This document shows, in pieces, positions 28,166 to 38,002 of a stretch of DNA of 52,294 bases; within the stretch, counting starts at the first letter, position 1; the number at the start of each line of letters is the position of its first letter. The notes under the pieces are model-generated. The model made no database searches. It saw nothing but the letters and a program-made list of their open reading frames with translations, and was not told where the DNA came from. The position numbers and the translations under genes are program-made. Source of the stretch: Candidatus Lloydbacteria bacterium (GTDB taxonomy: Bacteria > Patescibacteriota > Minisyncoccia > Phycocordibacterales > UBA6899); contig JAYSTI010000054.1 of assembly GCA_043719805.1 (NCBI GenBank), positions 1-52,294 of the forward strand, in the 5' to 3' direction.

Positions 28166-28738
28166 TTACTTGAGTCCCTTGAGTATCCCGAGGATGCCCT
28201 TCTTGACGGCGTCGTCGATTTTCTTTTCAGCCGTCTTTTCCGGCTCCTGAGGCGCACCTGCCACACTCGGATTGCTGTCGCCCGGCGTGCCGGCAAATTG
28301 TTGTGCCTCAAGACTCGTCCACAGCAGGTTGTTGATGCTCGTGGAACTCTTGCGTTCCCAGACTGCCCAGAGCGAAAGCTCGTTGCCGTTCATTTTGAAA
28401 ACGCGCTCGATTGCGCCCATACCACCCGGACCAGGCACGGCGCGAAGGCGCCAATGTGACTTTCGGTCCCGCGAGCTGATGTCAAAGCATCGCCCACCGC
28501 GAACACCAGGCGTGATGTTGCCTTTGGCATCGCACATCTCGCCACTAGGCGTGACGATGATGTAGTCAGACGGAAAGTAGGCCTTCGCATATGGACTGGT
28601 TTGGATTGCCGAACCCGCAATAGACCGGTCTGCGTTGTCTGAGTTGCGTGTTTGAACTTCTTTCCTGGAAAAAGCCGGTCCGGAAAAAGCGACGCCGGCC
28701 ACCATCACGAATGCGATGAGCATGTTCAGTTTCTTCAT
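28166..28738 (-). CDS. Secreted hypothetical protein, stand-alone insertion
   Basis: MKK signal peptide, G-rich SD-like AGGGGG, own TTGACA-type promoter near 28776-28805 and own terminator. Confidence 0.65.
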   Translation of the reverse strand: MKKLNMLIAFVMVAGVAFSGPAFSRKEVQTRNSDNADRSIAGSAIQTSPYAKAYFPSDYIIVTPSGEMCDAKGNITPGVRGGRCFDISSRDRKSHWRLRAVPGPGGMGAIERVFKMNGNELSLWAVWERKSSTSINNLLWTSLEAQQFAGTPGDSNPSVAGAPQEPEKTAEKKIDDAVKKGILGILKGLK

Positions 28739-28930
28739 TTCAACCCCCCTGTGTGTGAAAGTAGCTTTCCGAGTGCAATACTATAACAAAATTCTGCAAT
28801 GTCAACGTCTGTGAGATTCCGAGGCTTTCAGCGCCTCCTCCTTGTGATGAATAGAACGAATCCTTTGCTGTATTGTGCCGCACTGATACAATTATCAGAT
28901 AAAGCTAGTAATTAATAATATTATTATTCT

Positions 28931-30067
28931 ATGGACCTTCGAAAACTTGTAACACTCCTCGCGATCGCTGCGACCCTCCTTGCTTCGCCGGCTTTCGCTC
29001 TGACTTCCAGTAGTAGTACCTGTGCGAATTTCACCAAAAATCTCCGCATGGGGATGACGGGGGCTGACGTGAAGGCATTGCAGTTGATGCTCAATATGAA
29101 TCCTGCGACGGTGGTCGCCGCATCTGGGCCTGGCTCTCTCGGAAATGAGTCAACGTATTTCGGGAAAGCAACGCGCGCGGCCGTCATTCGCTATCAGGAA
29201 ATTTATAAGTCCGAAGTCCTTGCTCCCGCCGGTCTTTCTGCGGCAACGGGATTTGTCGGGTCTCTTACACGGGCGCACATTGCGAAAAATTGCGCCGGAG
29301 CACCAACATCCGCTTCGAGTACTGTGGTGAAGCCGGTAGCAGTCGCACCCGTGAAAGTCACACCTCCAACAAAAACAGTGGTCACTCCACTGGCCACTCC
29401 TGCCGTCGGCGCACTTGGTCCTGTTGCAGTGAGTGAGCCGAAAGTGGTTACGGGTGTTTTTACTGCTATGGTGGTTAAAAGTCCTTGGATGGGAGACAAG
29501 CAGTTCGGGGATCTTTATGTCATGATGACAGACAAGCAAGTTGTTAAGCGTGGTGAGAAACTGACAATATTTGGAACAGGATTTAATCCAAACAAGCCCA
29601 ATGCGGTGCATATTGGCGACGGCTTTACCATAACGAATCTTGGCGTAGACAACACCGGACTTATCACCTTCACGCTCCCCCAGGATGCTCCTCTCGGAAG
29701 GAATTACATTTGGGTGAGCAATGAGAAGGGCATTTCGAAAAAGAATGTATTTATTGTTGTCGCCACACCCGGAGTGTCTGGACCGAAGCTGAGTCTTGGT
29801 TTTCCCACAAGGGGCAAGTCGGGAACAATGGTCACAATATACGGCAGTGGGTTTTCGTCGGTTTGGAATGATATTCATTTTCCAACGAAGATTATTAATG
29901 GAGTGAAATCCACTGATGGAAAGACGCTGAAATTTATTGTCCCGGAAGCTGATCTTGGAGTTCCGGCGGAAAGTCTTGCCCTTGCTCCCGACATCACATC
30001 GACATATGCCGTTGTAAATGATTACGGCGTGAGCAACAACGTCTCATTTACTATTCAGTTCAAATAG
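28931..30067 (+). CDS. Secreted protein: peptidoglycan-binding domain, P/T/V linker, two IPT/TIG-like domains
   Basis: FTKNLRMGMTGADVKALQ...YFGKATRAAVIRYQE...TGFVGSLTR; LTIFGTGF and VTIYGSGF. Confidence 0.8.
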   Translation: MDLRKLVTLLAIAATLLASPAFALTSSSSTCANFTKNLRMGMTGADVKALQLMLNMNPATVVAASGPGSLGNESTYFGKATRAAVIRYQEIYKSEVLAPAGLSAATGFVGSLTRAHIAKNCAGAPTSASSTVVKPVAVAPVKVTPPTKTVVTPLATPAVGALGPVAVSEPKVVTGVFTAMVVKSPWMGDKQFGDLYVMMTDKQVVKRGEKLTIFGTGFNPNKPNAVHIGDGFTITNLGVDNTGLITFTLPQDAPLGRNYIWVSNEKGISKKNVFIVVATPGVSGPKLSLGFPTRGKSGTMVTIYGSGFSSVWNDIHFPTKIINGVKSTDGKTLKFIVPEADLGVPAESLALAPDITSTYAVVNDYGVSNNVSFTIQFK

Positions 30068-30076
30068 AGAAATAAT

Positions 30077-32647
30077 ATGAAACACATAATTTCACACACC
30101 ATCAAATTGTGGAGCATGCGAGGAACAAAGTTTCTCGCGGTCATTGTACTTGCCGCCGTCGCGTCTTGGCAGATTCTGCCTCCATTCTATGCAGAGGCTG
30201 TGGTCACAACCGATTTGCCTATAGCAATCACCTCAAGCCCGGCACTTTATGGAAACTTGATTACCGCCAATGCAAATGTAACGAGTGCATTGAGTCAAAT
30301 TAACGCAGCGGGCGTAACGTTGGCTGCGACAACAAATACCTTTAATGTGATGCAGTCAAATTTGATTGTTACCGCAATGAATCAGGGGGTTGGCGCGGTT
30401 ATTACATTTGATCAAATTACTGATCCGACACAAATTGACCAGAAAGAAGCTGGGCGCTTGGTAATGGCATCTCTCGGAGAGCTAGCAGCAGCCGGGCTCG
30501 TCGTTCCACAGACGCTGAGTAATCCGAGCCAGATTAGTTCAAGTACTGTTGACTTAATTATAGAGGCCGCAATGGTAGACCTTGGGATTGATCCTGGGGA
30601 GTTGAAAAGAGGAAGAGGATATTACACCTACCCCGATCCAATGTCTGGTGCAGCACGGACAGATCCAATGATACTGTCGCAAGCTATCGACAACTATTGG
30701 GCAATTGTTCAAGCGGCAAGGACTGCGATTGCCGGGATTTCGGGGCCCGTAACGCTTGGCACAATAAAGACTGCAGTTGCATCGTCGTTTCTTGGCTCAC
30801 TTTCAGCAATGTTCGGAGTAGGGCCGACCATTTGCCCCGGCGCGGTAGTAACGGCGGGCGCAGCATTCTGTAGTCTTGGCCTTGTTCCTTTTCCGGGTAG
30901 TGTTGCGGATATGGAGGCATTCATGGGGGTGAACTTTGATCCAGCGTTTATAGCCGGGAGCAACGAAGGACTTCAGGCAAAGGTTGTTGCCGATATCATT
31001 GCCTCGACCGGGTATTTTGACATTGCTGCCTATAAAACGTTATTTGCCAATTCGATATCTTCGGTAACCGGTATTCCCGGTGGCCCCGCCGCCGTAAGTG
31101 CAGTTTTGGGTGCCGGATCAATGACGGCCCTTCGTACAACAATAAAAAATTCCATTGAGAAGACAATTCTAGGTAAGATTGGCTCCATACAAAATGGTAT
31201 TAGCCCAACATCGATTCAGGGGGCGGTGGGAAGGGTTTTGGCGAGCGTGATAGACCCGACCGCAATAAACGTGCGAAACTATGCGACAAATGTAGTTAAC
31301 GGCGCAATTGCTAGTGGTGGGGTCAGCCTGACCCAGGTGCAAAACCTCTTTAAGGTTGAAACGCCCGACGTGCAGCGTATTGTTACTGCGGCTTTCGCTG
31401 ATACTGGGTTGGCCGCGACACTCTCTTTGGTAGACCAGCGAACGATTATTGACAATACGATTACAAAGTTTGCCACTACCCAGGGTGTTATTAGCGTGGC
31501 TGATATAAATACCCTCGTTGCAACTCAGATAAATTTTGTTGCATCAGGATCAACGGTCGCCGGCTTGGTCGCCGGGATGTCCGGAGGGACAACTCGGGTC
31601 GCGCTAGAAGGGGCGATGAAGAATATGATGGTGTCGAACGTGACCACTCAGCTTGGTTCCGCTGCCGCGCTTCTTGATACCGCAAAAATAAAAGAAATTA
31701 TGTCATCGAGTATTATTTCCGCAACGGGTATTGGAAATCTCGCAAATATAGACACTGTGGTAACCGGCTTGGGAGCAGGTGCATTGGCAACATTTCAGAC
31801 GGGGCTTCAGGGTGTCTATAGTGGCCAGACCGCACTGCTTACAGCGAAGATGAATACTCTGCTTGATCCGACAAAGATACAAAATATGATCGGCGCACAG
31901 ATGACGACGCTTACCGGACTGGGAAGCATCACTAGCGTTGAGGCACTGATTAACAACTCTCTTGGTGGGGCTCTAACGTCGATGGCGCAAACTGGCGCGC
32001 AACTGTCGGCTATAACGAAATCTTACGAAAATGCCCTTGGAAGCGTTAAGATTGCCATGGTATCACTGACGGGGACATTCAATGGCACACTTGCGAGCAT
32101 GAGCATGGCCACGCAACTTAATCTTTCAACGATGACCACGGGGATGACAACCATGGTGGGCAACCTATCCGCACAGATTACGGGACCGATGTCCGCCACC
32201 GTTACGGGTATGTCCGGCACGGTAACCAACATTACTTCTACCGGCTCGGCTTCTGCGGCTGATATGACTTCTATGAGTTCCTCAAACAGTAGCATGACGA
32301 CAAGCAACAGCACCGCTTCAAGTAATGCAAGCGGGTCCTCATCGTCCGGCTCAAATACAACAAGTTCGAGTGGGATGACACAGATACCATTTGGCGGCAA
32401 TATTACCTACGTTGTGTACTGCACGTGTTCTGCCGGAATGCTGCTTACTGTTGCCGGACCAATTCCTGGGGTATTTTACTATTCGACCGTTGGGTCAATC
32501 TTATACCCTAATTACCAGATATATCGCACCGGTCCTTCGGTGATTGGTCTTGCGTCACAGACACCAGGGCAATGTTGGGTTATTGCAACCCCGTGTTATG
32601 TTGTCGGTGCAGGTCCGGTAATAACACAAATCGGAACCTCGCTTTAA
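30077..32647 (+). CDS. Large exported A/G/T/S-rich protein with C-terminal Cys-motif domain
   Basis: N-terminal signal/TM, very few charged residues, Ser/Thr/Met linker, PFGG.I....CTCS...C......C end. Confidence 0.7.
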   Translation: MKHIISHTIKLWSMRGTKFLAVIVLAAVASWQILPPFYAEAVVTTDLPIAITSSPALYGNLITANANVTSALSQINAAGVTLAATTNTFNVMQSNLIVTAMNQGVGAVITFDQITDPTQIDQKEAGRLVMASLGELAAAGLVVPQTLSNPSQISSSTVDLIIEAAMVDLGIDPGELKRGRGYYTYPDPMSGAARTDPMILSQAIDNYWAIVQAARTAIAGISGPVTLGTIKTAVASSFLGSLSAMFGVGPTICPGAVVTAGAAFCSLGLVPFPGSVADMEAFMGVNFDPAFIAGSNEGLQAKVVADIIASTGYFDIAAYKTLFANSISSVTGIPGGPAAVSAVLGAGSMTALRTTIKNSIEKTILGKIGSIQNGISPTSIQGAVGRVLASVIDPTAINVRNYATNVVNGAIASGGVSLTQVQNLFKVETPDVQRIVTAAFADTGLAATLSLVDQRTIIDNTITKFATTQGVISVADINTLVATQINFVASGSTVAGLVAGMSGGTTRVALEGAMKNMMVSNVTTQLGSAAALLDTAKIKEIMSSSIISATGIGNLANIDTVVTGLGAGALATFQTGLQGVYSGQTALLTAKMNTLLDPTKIQNMIGAQMTTLTGLGSITSVEALINNSLGGALTSMAQTGAQLSAITKSYENALGSVKIAMVSLTGTFNGTLASMSMATQLNLSTMTTGMTTMVGNLSAQITGPMSATVTGMSGTVTNITSTGSASAADMTSMSSSNSSMTTSNSTASSNASGSSSSGSNTTSSSGMTQIPFGGNITYVVYCTCSAGMLLTVAGPIPGVFYYSTVGSILYPNYQIYRTGPSVIGLASQTPGQCWVIATPCYVVGAGPVITQIGTSL

Positions 32648-32665
32648 AGAATGGGTTGAATATTT

Positions 32666-32701
32666 AAAACACCCACACTGCTATCGGTGTGGGTGTTTTT
32701 T
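32666..32701. terminator. Bidirectional terminator overlapping the rsmA stop
   Basis: AAAACACCCACACTG-ctat-CGGTGTGGGTGTTTTTT. Confidence 0.75.
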
Positions 32702-33523
32702 GTGCTCGGCGGAGATTGCAACAGCAAGCTTTATCCATGTTTCGATCGACAAGTCCTCACCGCGAGCCTTCGGATCTATTCCGAGTTTGAGAAAGAGCTC
32801 GCCGAGTTTTTCTTTCGGATGATCGAGTCCTTCCGCAAGATTTCCAATAAGCATTTTGCGTTTTGCGCGAAAGCCCGCCTTGATGATGGTAAAAAATTGT
32901 TTCTCTGAAAGCATGCCGAGCTTCTCTTTGTTGATGTTCTGTATCATGAGTATCGCGGAGTCGACTTTTGGCACCGGGTCAAATGATTCTTTGGGAACCG
33001 TAGCGACATACACCGGGTCACCGAAGACCTTTATCGAAAGTGAAAGTATCGTTTCTTTTTTATTGCGAGAGACGATCTGCTCTGCAACTTCTTTTTGCAC
33101 AAGGAATGTGAGCTGTGAAGGCGGGCGGTGTTCCTCAAGAAAGTAACGGAAGAGCATTCCGGTGATGTAGTAAGGAATATTTGCGACAACCTTGTATGAG
33201 GGAATCCTACTTAATATCCCGTCGAACAAGTCGTCCGTAATTTTCCTCGCCAGAATATCTCCCTCGATAAGTATCAGGTGCTCATCGCGAAGTGCGTCAG
33301 AGAATCTATCCATGAGGAGCGGAATGCAGCGTGTGTCCTTTTCAATTGCAATCACATGTGCGCCGGCGTTCAAGAGTGCATTCGTGAGCATCCCCTCGCC
33401 CGGTCCCACTTCAACGACAATATCCCCAGGAAATATTCCCGACACGTCAATTATCTTATCGACAGTTTCCGTCGAGCGAAGAAAGTTTTGCCCTAGTGAT
33501 TTTTTGGGTTGAATGTTTTTCAT
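32681..33523 (-). CDS. rsmA: 16S rRNA m6,2A1518/1519 dimethyltransferase
   Basis: KKSLGQNFL, EVGPGEG, VANIPYYIT, PVPKVDSA; start at MKNIQP. Confidence 0.96.
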   Translation of the reverse strand: MKNIQPKKSLGQNFLRSTETVDKIIDVSGIFPGDIVVEVGPGEGMLTNALLNAGAHVIAIEKDTRCIPLLMDRFSDALRDEHLILIEGDILARKITDDLFDGILSRIPSYKVVANIPYYITGMLFRYFLEEHRPPSQLTFLVQKEVAEQIVSRNKKETILSLSIKVFGDPVYVATVPKESFDPVPKVDSAILMIQNINKEKLGMLSEKQFFTIIKAGFRAKRKMLIGNLAEGLDHPKEKLGELFLKLGIDPKARGEDLSIETWIKLAVAISAEHKKHPHR

Positions 33524-33524
33524 G

Positions 33525-33710
33525 GAATCCGTGCGAGTGGATGAAATTCGAAGCGTGGAGAAAGCGGAGAGCGACCTAAAATTCGACGGCCGTAGGGAGT
33601 ATGAATTTGGAAGTCCCGGAACGGGGAAGACATATTCATATATGTTGACCGAGCTGCAGAGGCATAAGTGCATCACCTTACAACAAGAAGTTCGCCGCTT
33701 GCATGGATTC
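33525..33710 (+). repeat. Family A element, copy A3 (long variant)
   Basis: Arms GAATCCGTGCGAGTGG / CCGCTTGCATGGATTC (all three deviations are G-U on plus); GGATGAAATTCG...GGAAG-ACATAT tcat ATATGT-TGACCGAG...CAACAAGAAGTTCGCC; fills the pcrA-rsmA gap. Confidence 0.78.
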
Positions 33711-33712
33711 TA

Positions 33713-35737
33713 CTATATATAGACAACGGTGTCGTTGTCATCATCCCAGCCGAGGAGGCTCACTTTTTTGCCGTGCTTATTGAATGAGTCATCTGTAAAT
33801 GCTTCGCCTTCACGGGATTCATTTATCAGAAGGTTGTCATCGAGGTCGTTGAGGAACTCTGAGGGAATATTTATGTTGCGGCTTCCGAAGATTGTGCGGA
33901 ATGAGGCATAAGAAAGGAAGACCTTTTTTGCTGCGCGAGTAAGCGCAACATAGAAAAGGCGGCGCTCCTCTTCGCGTTCCGACTGGTCTTTACTTTCGTC
34001 CTGCGACCGTCGTGACGGGAAAAGGTCTTGCTCCATTCCCGTGATGAAGACGTAAGGGAATTCGAGTCCTTTTGATGCGTGAATGGTCATGAGGCGTACC
34101 GCGTCAACCTCACCCTTCATGGTGTCCTGGTCCGACTCAAGTGCGACATCGGCGAGAAACTGCTCAATGCCTTCTTGTCCTTCAAATACGTCATAACGCG
34201 TTGCAACGGATACGAGTTCGCGCACGTTCGCGAGTCGCTCGGTGTCTTCTTCGTCGCCATCAGAAAGTATTTTCTCAATGCCGGTTTCTTTGATGATGAA
34301 TGCGATGAGTACGGATGGCTTCATTGCTTCCCCGGCAACTTTAATGCGGTCAAGGAGCGCGTAAAACTGTGAAACTTTAATACGCATTGTTGCTGGGAGT
34401 TTTTCCATGTCGCCCGCGAGTATTTTTGCCAGTGTTACTTTTCCAACCCCGCGTGCCGGGACATTGATGACACGCTCAAGGTCGAAGGGGGAGTTCGGGT
34501 TGCGCGACGCCTTCAGATACGAAAGCACATCCTTCACTTCTTTGCGCTCGTAAAAACGCACACCGAGCACTTGATAAGGAATACCAGCAAAGAGAAGCGC
34601 CTCTTCAAGTACGCGCGATTGAAAGTTCGTGCGATAGAGAATTGCCATTTCCGTTGCGCGTACATTGCTCGAAAGCAGTGTCGCAATACGCATTGCAACA
34701 AAACGCGCCTCATCGGTTTCGTCGTACCCTGCAAAAAGCGAGAGTTTTTCCCCGGCAACGTTTTCCGTGAACAATTTCTTTTCTTTGCGCATCGTATTCT
34801 TCTTTATCACTGTATTTGCGGCGGAAAGAATATTCTGAGTAGAGCGATAATTCTGCTCAAGCAGGATGACACGCGCGCCTGGGTAGTCTTCTTCAAAGTT
34901 GAGAATGTTTGCGATCGACGCGCCGCGCCAGCTATAAATATTTTGGTCACTGTCACCAACGACGCAAATATTTTTTGTTTTGCCTGAGAGTAGCCGCACG
35001 AGTTGGTATTGCACTTGGTTGGTGTCCTGGTACTCATCCACGTGGATGTACTGCCACTGTGTTTGGTAGTAGTGGAGGATGTCCTCGTGCGACTGCAGTA
35101 GTTTGACTGTTTTTTCTAGCAGGTCGTCAAAATCAAGCACATTCGCGCTTCGCAGTGCCTCCTCGTAAAGAATGAACACGCGCTTTAGGGTGGTGGCCAA
35201 ATAACGATTGTTCGTAGTGCTCTCTATGGTATCGGGGGTCCCAAGGTTCCCCTTATGGCGAGAGATAAGACCCTGCACTTTGCGTGGCTCGAACTGTTTC
35301 GGGTCGACTCCCGCCTTTGCCATTGATTGCTTGATGAGCTTGAGCGATTCATCTTGCGCCAAAATACTCGCGCTTTTTGGTATGCCTATTGCCTCTCCTT
35401 TTTCGCGCAAAATAGAGATACCCAGTCCGTGAAAAGTTCCGATGAACGGGAGGTCGCGCCTTCGCCCGAAATTTCCGGCCTCACCTTCTGTTCCCAGAAG
35501 TGTGAAAACCCGCTCGCGCATTTCTTTCGCAGCCTTGTTGGTGAAGGTGATGGCAAGTATGGCCCCTCCCGGGACTCCCTTTTCCATGATGTGGCCTATA
35601 CGATGGGTCAATGTTTTGGTTTTTCCCGCCCCCGCACCCGCTACGATAAGTACGGGGCCCTCCGTCGCGAGGACCGCTTCTTTTTGTGCGGGATTTAAAT
35701 TGGCGAGGAGATCTTTGGTCATATTCTCGGAATACAT
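33713..35737 (-). CDS. pcrA: ATP-dependent DNA helicase PcrA/UvrD
   Basis: AGAGAGKT, TFTNKAA, VDEYQDTN, GDSDQNIYSWRGA, NYRS, MTIHASKGLEF, EERRLFYVALTRA; start 35737 or 35722. Confidence 0.95.
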   Translation of the reverse strand: MYSENMTKDLLANLNPAQKEAVLATEGPVLIVAGAGAGKTKTLTHRIGHIMEKGVPGGAILAITFTNKAAKEMRERVFTLLGTEGEAGNFGRRRDLPFIGTFHGLGISILREKGEAIGIPKSASILAQDESLKLIKQSMAKAGVDPKQFEPRKVQGLISRHKGNLGTPDTIESTTNNRYLATTLKRVFILYEEALRSANVLDFDDLLEKTVKLLQSHEDILHYYQTQWQYIHVDEYQDTNQVQYQLVRLLSGKTKNICVVGDSDQNIYSWRGASIANILNFEEDYPGARVILLEQNYRSTQNILSAANTVIKKNTMRKEKKLFTENVAGEKLSLFAGYDETDEARFVAMRIATLLSSNVRATEMAILYRTNFQSRVLEEALLFAGIPYQVLGVRFYERKEVKDVLSYLKASRNPNSPFDLERVINVPARGVGKVTLAKILAGDMEKLPATMRIKVSQFYALLDRIKVAGEAMKPSVLIAFIIKETGIEKILSDGDEEDTERLANVRELVSVATRYDVFEGQEGIEQFLADVALESDQDTMKGEVDAVRLMTIHASKGLEFPYVFITGMEQDLFPSRRSQDESKDQSEREEERRLFYVALTRAAKKVFLSYASFRTIFGSRNINIPSEFLNDLDDNLLINESREGEAFTDDSFNKHGKKVSLLGWDDDNDTVVYI

Positions 35738-35771
35738 TAGCCATCATATTAGCACTCATTGGCAATATTTT

Positions 35772-35887
35772 CCTAAGTTGAGAATATCTATATTTGAGGC
35801 CATATTTTGCGTTGCGCTAGAGGATTCTCTATTTCGTCAAATATGGCTTAACACGGCCCGCATGTGGCGACATAATTTTCGACTAGG
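35772..35887 (+). repeat. Possible degenerate family B element
   Basis: Arms CCTAAGTTGAGAAT / ATTTTCGACTAGG; inner GGCCATATTT / AAATATGGCT; GCCCGC..TGGCGACAT; degenerate TTATCTATA 11 bp downstream. Confidence 0.35.
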
Positions 35888-36118
35888 CCAGAATAGGCTT
35901 ATCTATAGCCATATATTGGAGACCATTTTTTTAAAAACGGAGCGTATTTGTTGAAAAAGTGGTTGACCGACTGGAATTGTTTTGGATATAATATTTCTAT
36001 ACGGTTGTCAAACGAAAGCAAGGAAGTACGACTCTTTGGAGTCACGGAATAATCCAAGACGCGTAAACAAAATAGGCTTATCGCATTCAATACCCCCAAA
36101 ATACCTGATCTTCGCTCT

Positions 36119-37174
36119 ATGCGAAGTCGGGTCAGCGCCCTTCAGACCAAAACGCTTTCATGGAAAAAGCTCGGCTTTTCTATGTTTGCATTCCTCATCA
36201 TCCCAGGAGCCGTTGCATATGCCGGCTTCTTTTCTTTTTTTGGCGATCTTGGGGATATTTTCACAAAGGCAAATACTCAAGAAAAAATAATTAATTCACA
36301 GAATTTCCCTCTTCAGGTTGCTGCAGTTGCATATGGTGCTCAGTCTGTCGAACCTTCAAGTGAGGTGAGCACGGTTGGTGACAGTGCGATACTTCCTGAT
36401 GCGGGACCGGACGGCGGGCTTTCTGATGTCGACAATCAAGAATCAAGTCGTGGGCAGATCAGTCTTTATGTTGTCCACGAAGGAGACTCGCTGGCTTCTA
36501 TCGGGAAAATGTTTGATGTTTCTGTGAATACCATTCTTTGGGCGAACAGCCTTCCCCGGGGAACAAAGCTGACAATCGGGCAGAACCTCGTCATTCTTCC
36601 TGTTTCCGGAGTCCGGTATGTCGTTAAAAAGGGAGATACGGTCGCGTCAATCGCCAAAAAGTACAAAGGAGACCTCGATGAAATCCGTTCGTATAATGGC
36701 CTAGAGGGTGACGTCTTGGCGGTCGGCTCGGTGGTAATAGTCCCTGATGGTGAGATCGCCGCACCTCCGGTTGCAACAAAGCCCGCAACGTCAAAACTTC
36801 GCGGTGCAGGCGGTCCCTCATACGACGGATACTATCGTGCCCCCCTCGCAAACTACCGCAAGACGCAGGGAACTCATGGATACAACGGCGTTGACCTTGT
36901 TTCAAGAGACGGCTCGGGTGCATATGTGATGGCGGCAGCTGTAGGAACGGTAATCATTTCTCGCAACGGCGGATACAACGGCGGTTATGGAAGTTATGTC
37001 GTTATCAAACATGCGAACGGAACTCAGACGCTTTACGGTCATCTCAAGGGAACTGCAGTTTCAGTTGGAGAGAGCGTGGCGCAGGGGCAATTGATAGGAT
37101 ATGAAGGGAATACGGGGAGAAGTTCGGGCACACACCTTCACTTCGAAGTCCGCGGCGCGAGAAATCCATTCTAG
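36119..37174 (+). CDS. LysM-LysM-M23 peptidoglycan endopeptidase
   Basis: Two LysM repeats (YVVHEGDSL, YVVKKGDTV), HGYNGVD, TLYGHL, GNTGRSSGTHLHFEVR; exact start uncertain. Confidence 0.9.
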   Translation: MRSRVSALQTKTLSWKKLGFSMFAFLIIPGAVAYAGFFSFFGDLGDIFTKANTQEKIINSQNFPLQVAAVAYGAQSVEPSSEVSTVGDSAILPDAGPDGGLSDVDNQESSRGQISLYVVHEGDSLASIGKMFDVSVNTILWANSLPRGTKLTIGQNLVILPVSGVRYVVKKGDTVASIAKKYKGDLDEIRSYNGLEGDVLAVGSVVIVPDGEIAAPPVATKPATSKLRGAGGPSYDGYYRAPLANYRKTQGTHGYNGVDLVSRDGSGAYVMAAAVGTVIISRNGGYNGGYGSYVVIKHANGTQTLYGHLKGTAVSVGESVAQGQLIGYEGNTGRSSGTHLHFEVRGARNPF

Positions 37175-37291
37175 CTTGGCGCACTTCGGTCTTGACTGCG
37201 ACGGGCGGTCGGGAGAACTTACGATGAGTAAGCTCTCTCGGACGCGCCCATCTTGTCACAACCGAATTGCATCCAATCTCGAACGGATTTC
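37161..37291 (-). repeat. Family A element, copy A6
   Basis: Minus strand GGATGCAATTCG...GTCCGAGAGAG-CTTAC tcatc GTAAG-TTCTCCCGACC...CGAAGTGCGCC; outer arm overlaps last codons of the M23 gene. Confidence 0.72.
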
Positions 37292-37297
37292 AAAAAC

Positions 37298-37470
37298 CAT
37301 TTTAAGCGGGCGACCTACTCGGTTTTCCTTCAGCAGATTTGGAAGCAGTATAGCACCGCAGAGATACTTCATTTTTCTAAGCGGATAACCGCTAAGAAAA
37401 ATTGGTCGCTCATACCGCCTCTCAAATACCGCCTTAGTCCAAACCTTCGTATTTCGCCTCGCCTTAAATG
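37298..37470 (-). repeat. Probable divergent family A copy A7, tandem to A6
   Basis: Arms CATTTTAAGCGGGCGA / TCGCCTCGCCTTAAATG; minus strand GGCGAAATACGAAGG...AGTAGGTCGCC; inner TTTTCTAAGCGG-ataa-CCGCTAAGAAAA. Confidence 0.5.
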
Positions 37471-37638
37471 AATTCTCGAGTACGTTTTTTGCTGTACTCA
37501 AATTATGGATGGTTGCTGAGATGCCCCCTCACAACTCACCCCAAATAAGAAGGGATTAATAGAGATTAAAATTTCGGCTTGCTTCCAGTGCGCACTGTGC
37601 TAGATTTATGTTTGGATATTTCTTTTTTGGAGAACGGC

Positions 37639-37893
37639 ATGGTGCTGCGTAGTGGAAGTCACGTGAATATTCTGAGGTCGGAGCGGTTTGAGAAAGCCTT
37701 TGGCGACGTCGCATTCCGCGACAAAGTGTGCGTAGCATATTTTGCGAACGCAATAACTGAGTTCGAGGTGACCGTCACGACGACGGGCAATCTGATGTTG
37801 ATGGGCATATTCACGGCGTCGGCTCTTGTGCAACTTACCAATCAGGATTGGGTAAAATCGATTGAGTCACGCAACGTGGCTCGCATGTGCTGA
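37639..37893 (+). CDS. Hypothetical protein (84 aa)
   Basis: GGAG SD 6 nt before ATG; TTGCTT-N16-TAGATT promoter-like sequence upstream. Confidence 0.45.
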   Translation: MVLRSGSHVNILRSERFEKAFGDVAFRDKVCVAYFANAITEFEVTVTTTGNLMLMGIFTASALVQLTNQDWVKSIESRNVARMC

Positions 37894-38002
37894 GAGGCGT
37901 ACGCACGAAGAGGATAATCTCCTCTTTTTTGTTTGGAACGAGGGAGTTGCCATACTGCCTGCTTCTGGTAGTCTGACAAAAGATAAATTTTTGGGGTTCT
38001 GC

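Noticed and set aside
29150-29878. 242-aa minus-strand ORF
   Set aside because: Antisense shadow of the PG-binding protein gene.
33524-33676. Long N-terminal extensions in the ORF track (rsmA; also rpmH, comM, tyrS, trmB, rpsO)
   Set aside because: They cross non-coding elements or neighbouring genes; family N-termini and -10 boxes support the downstream ATGs.
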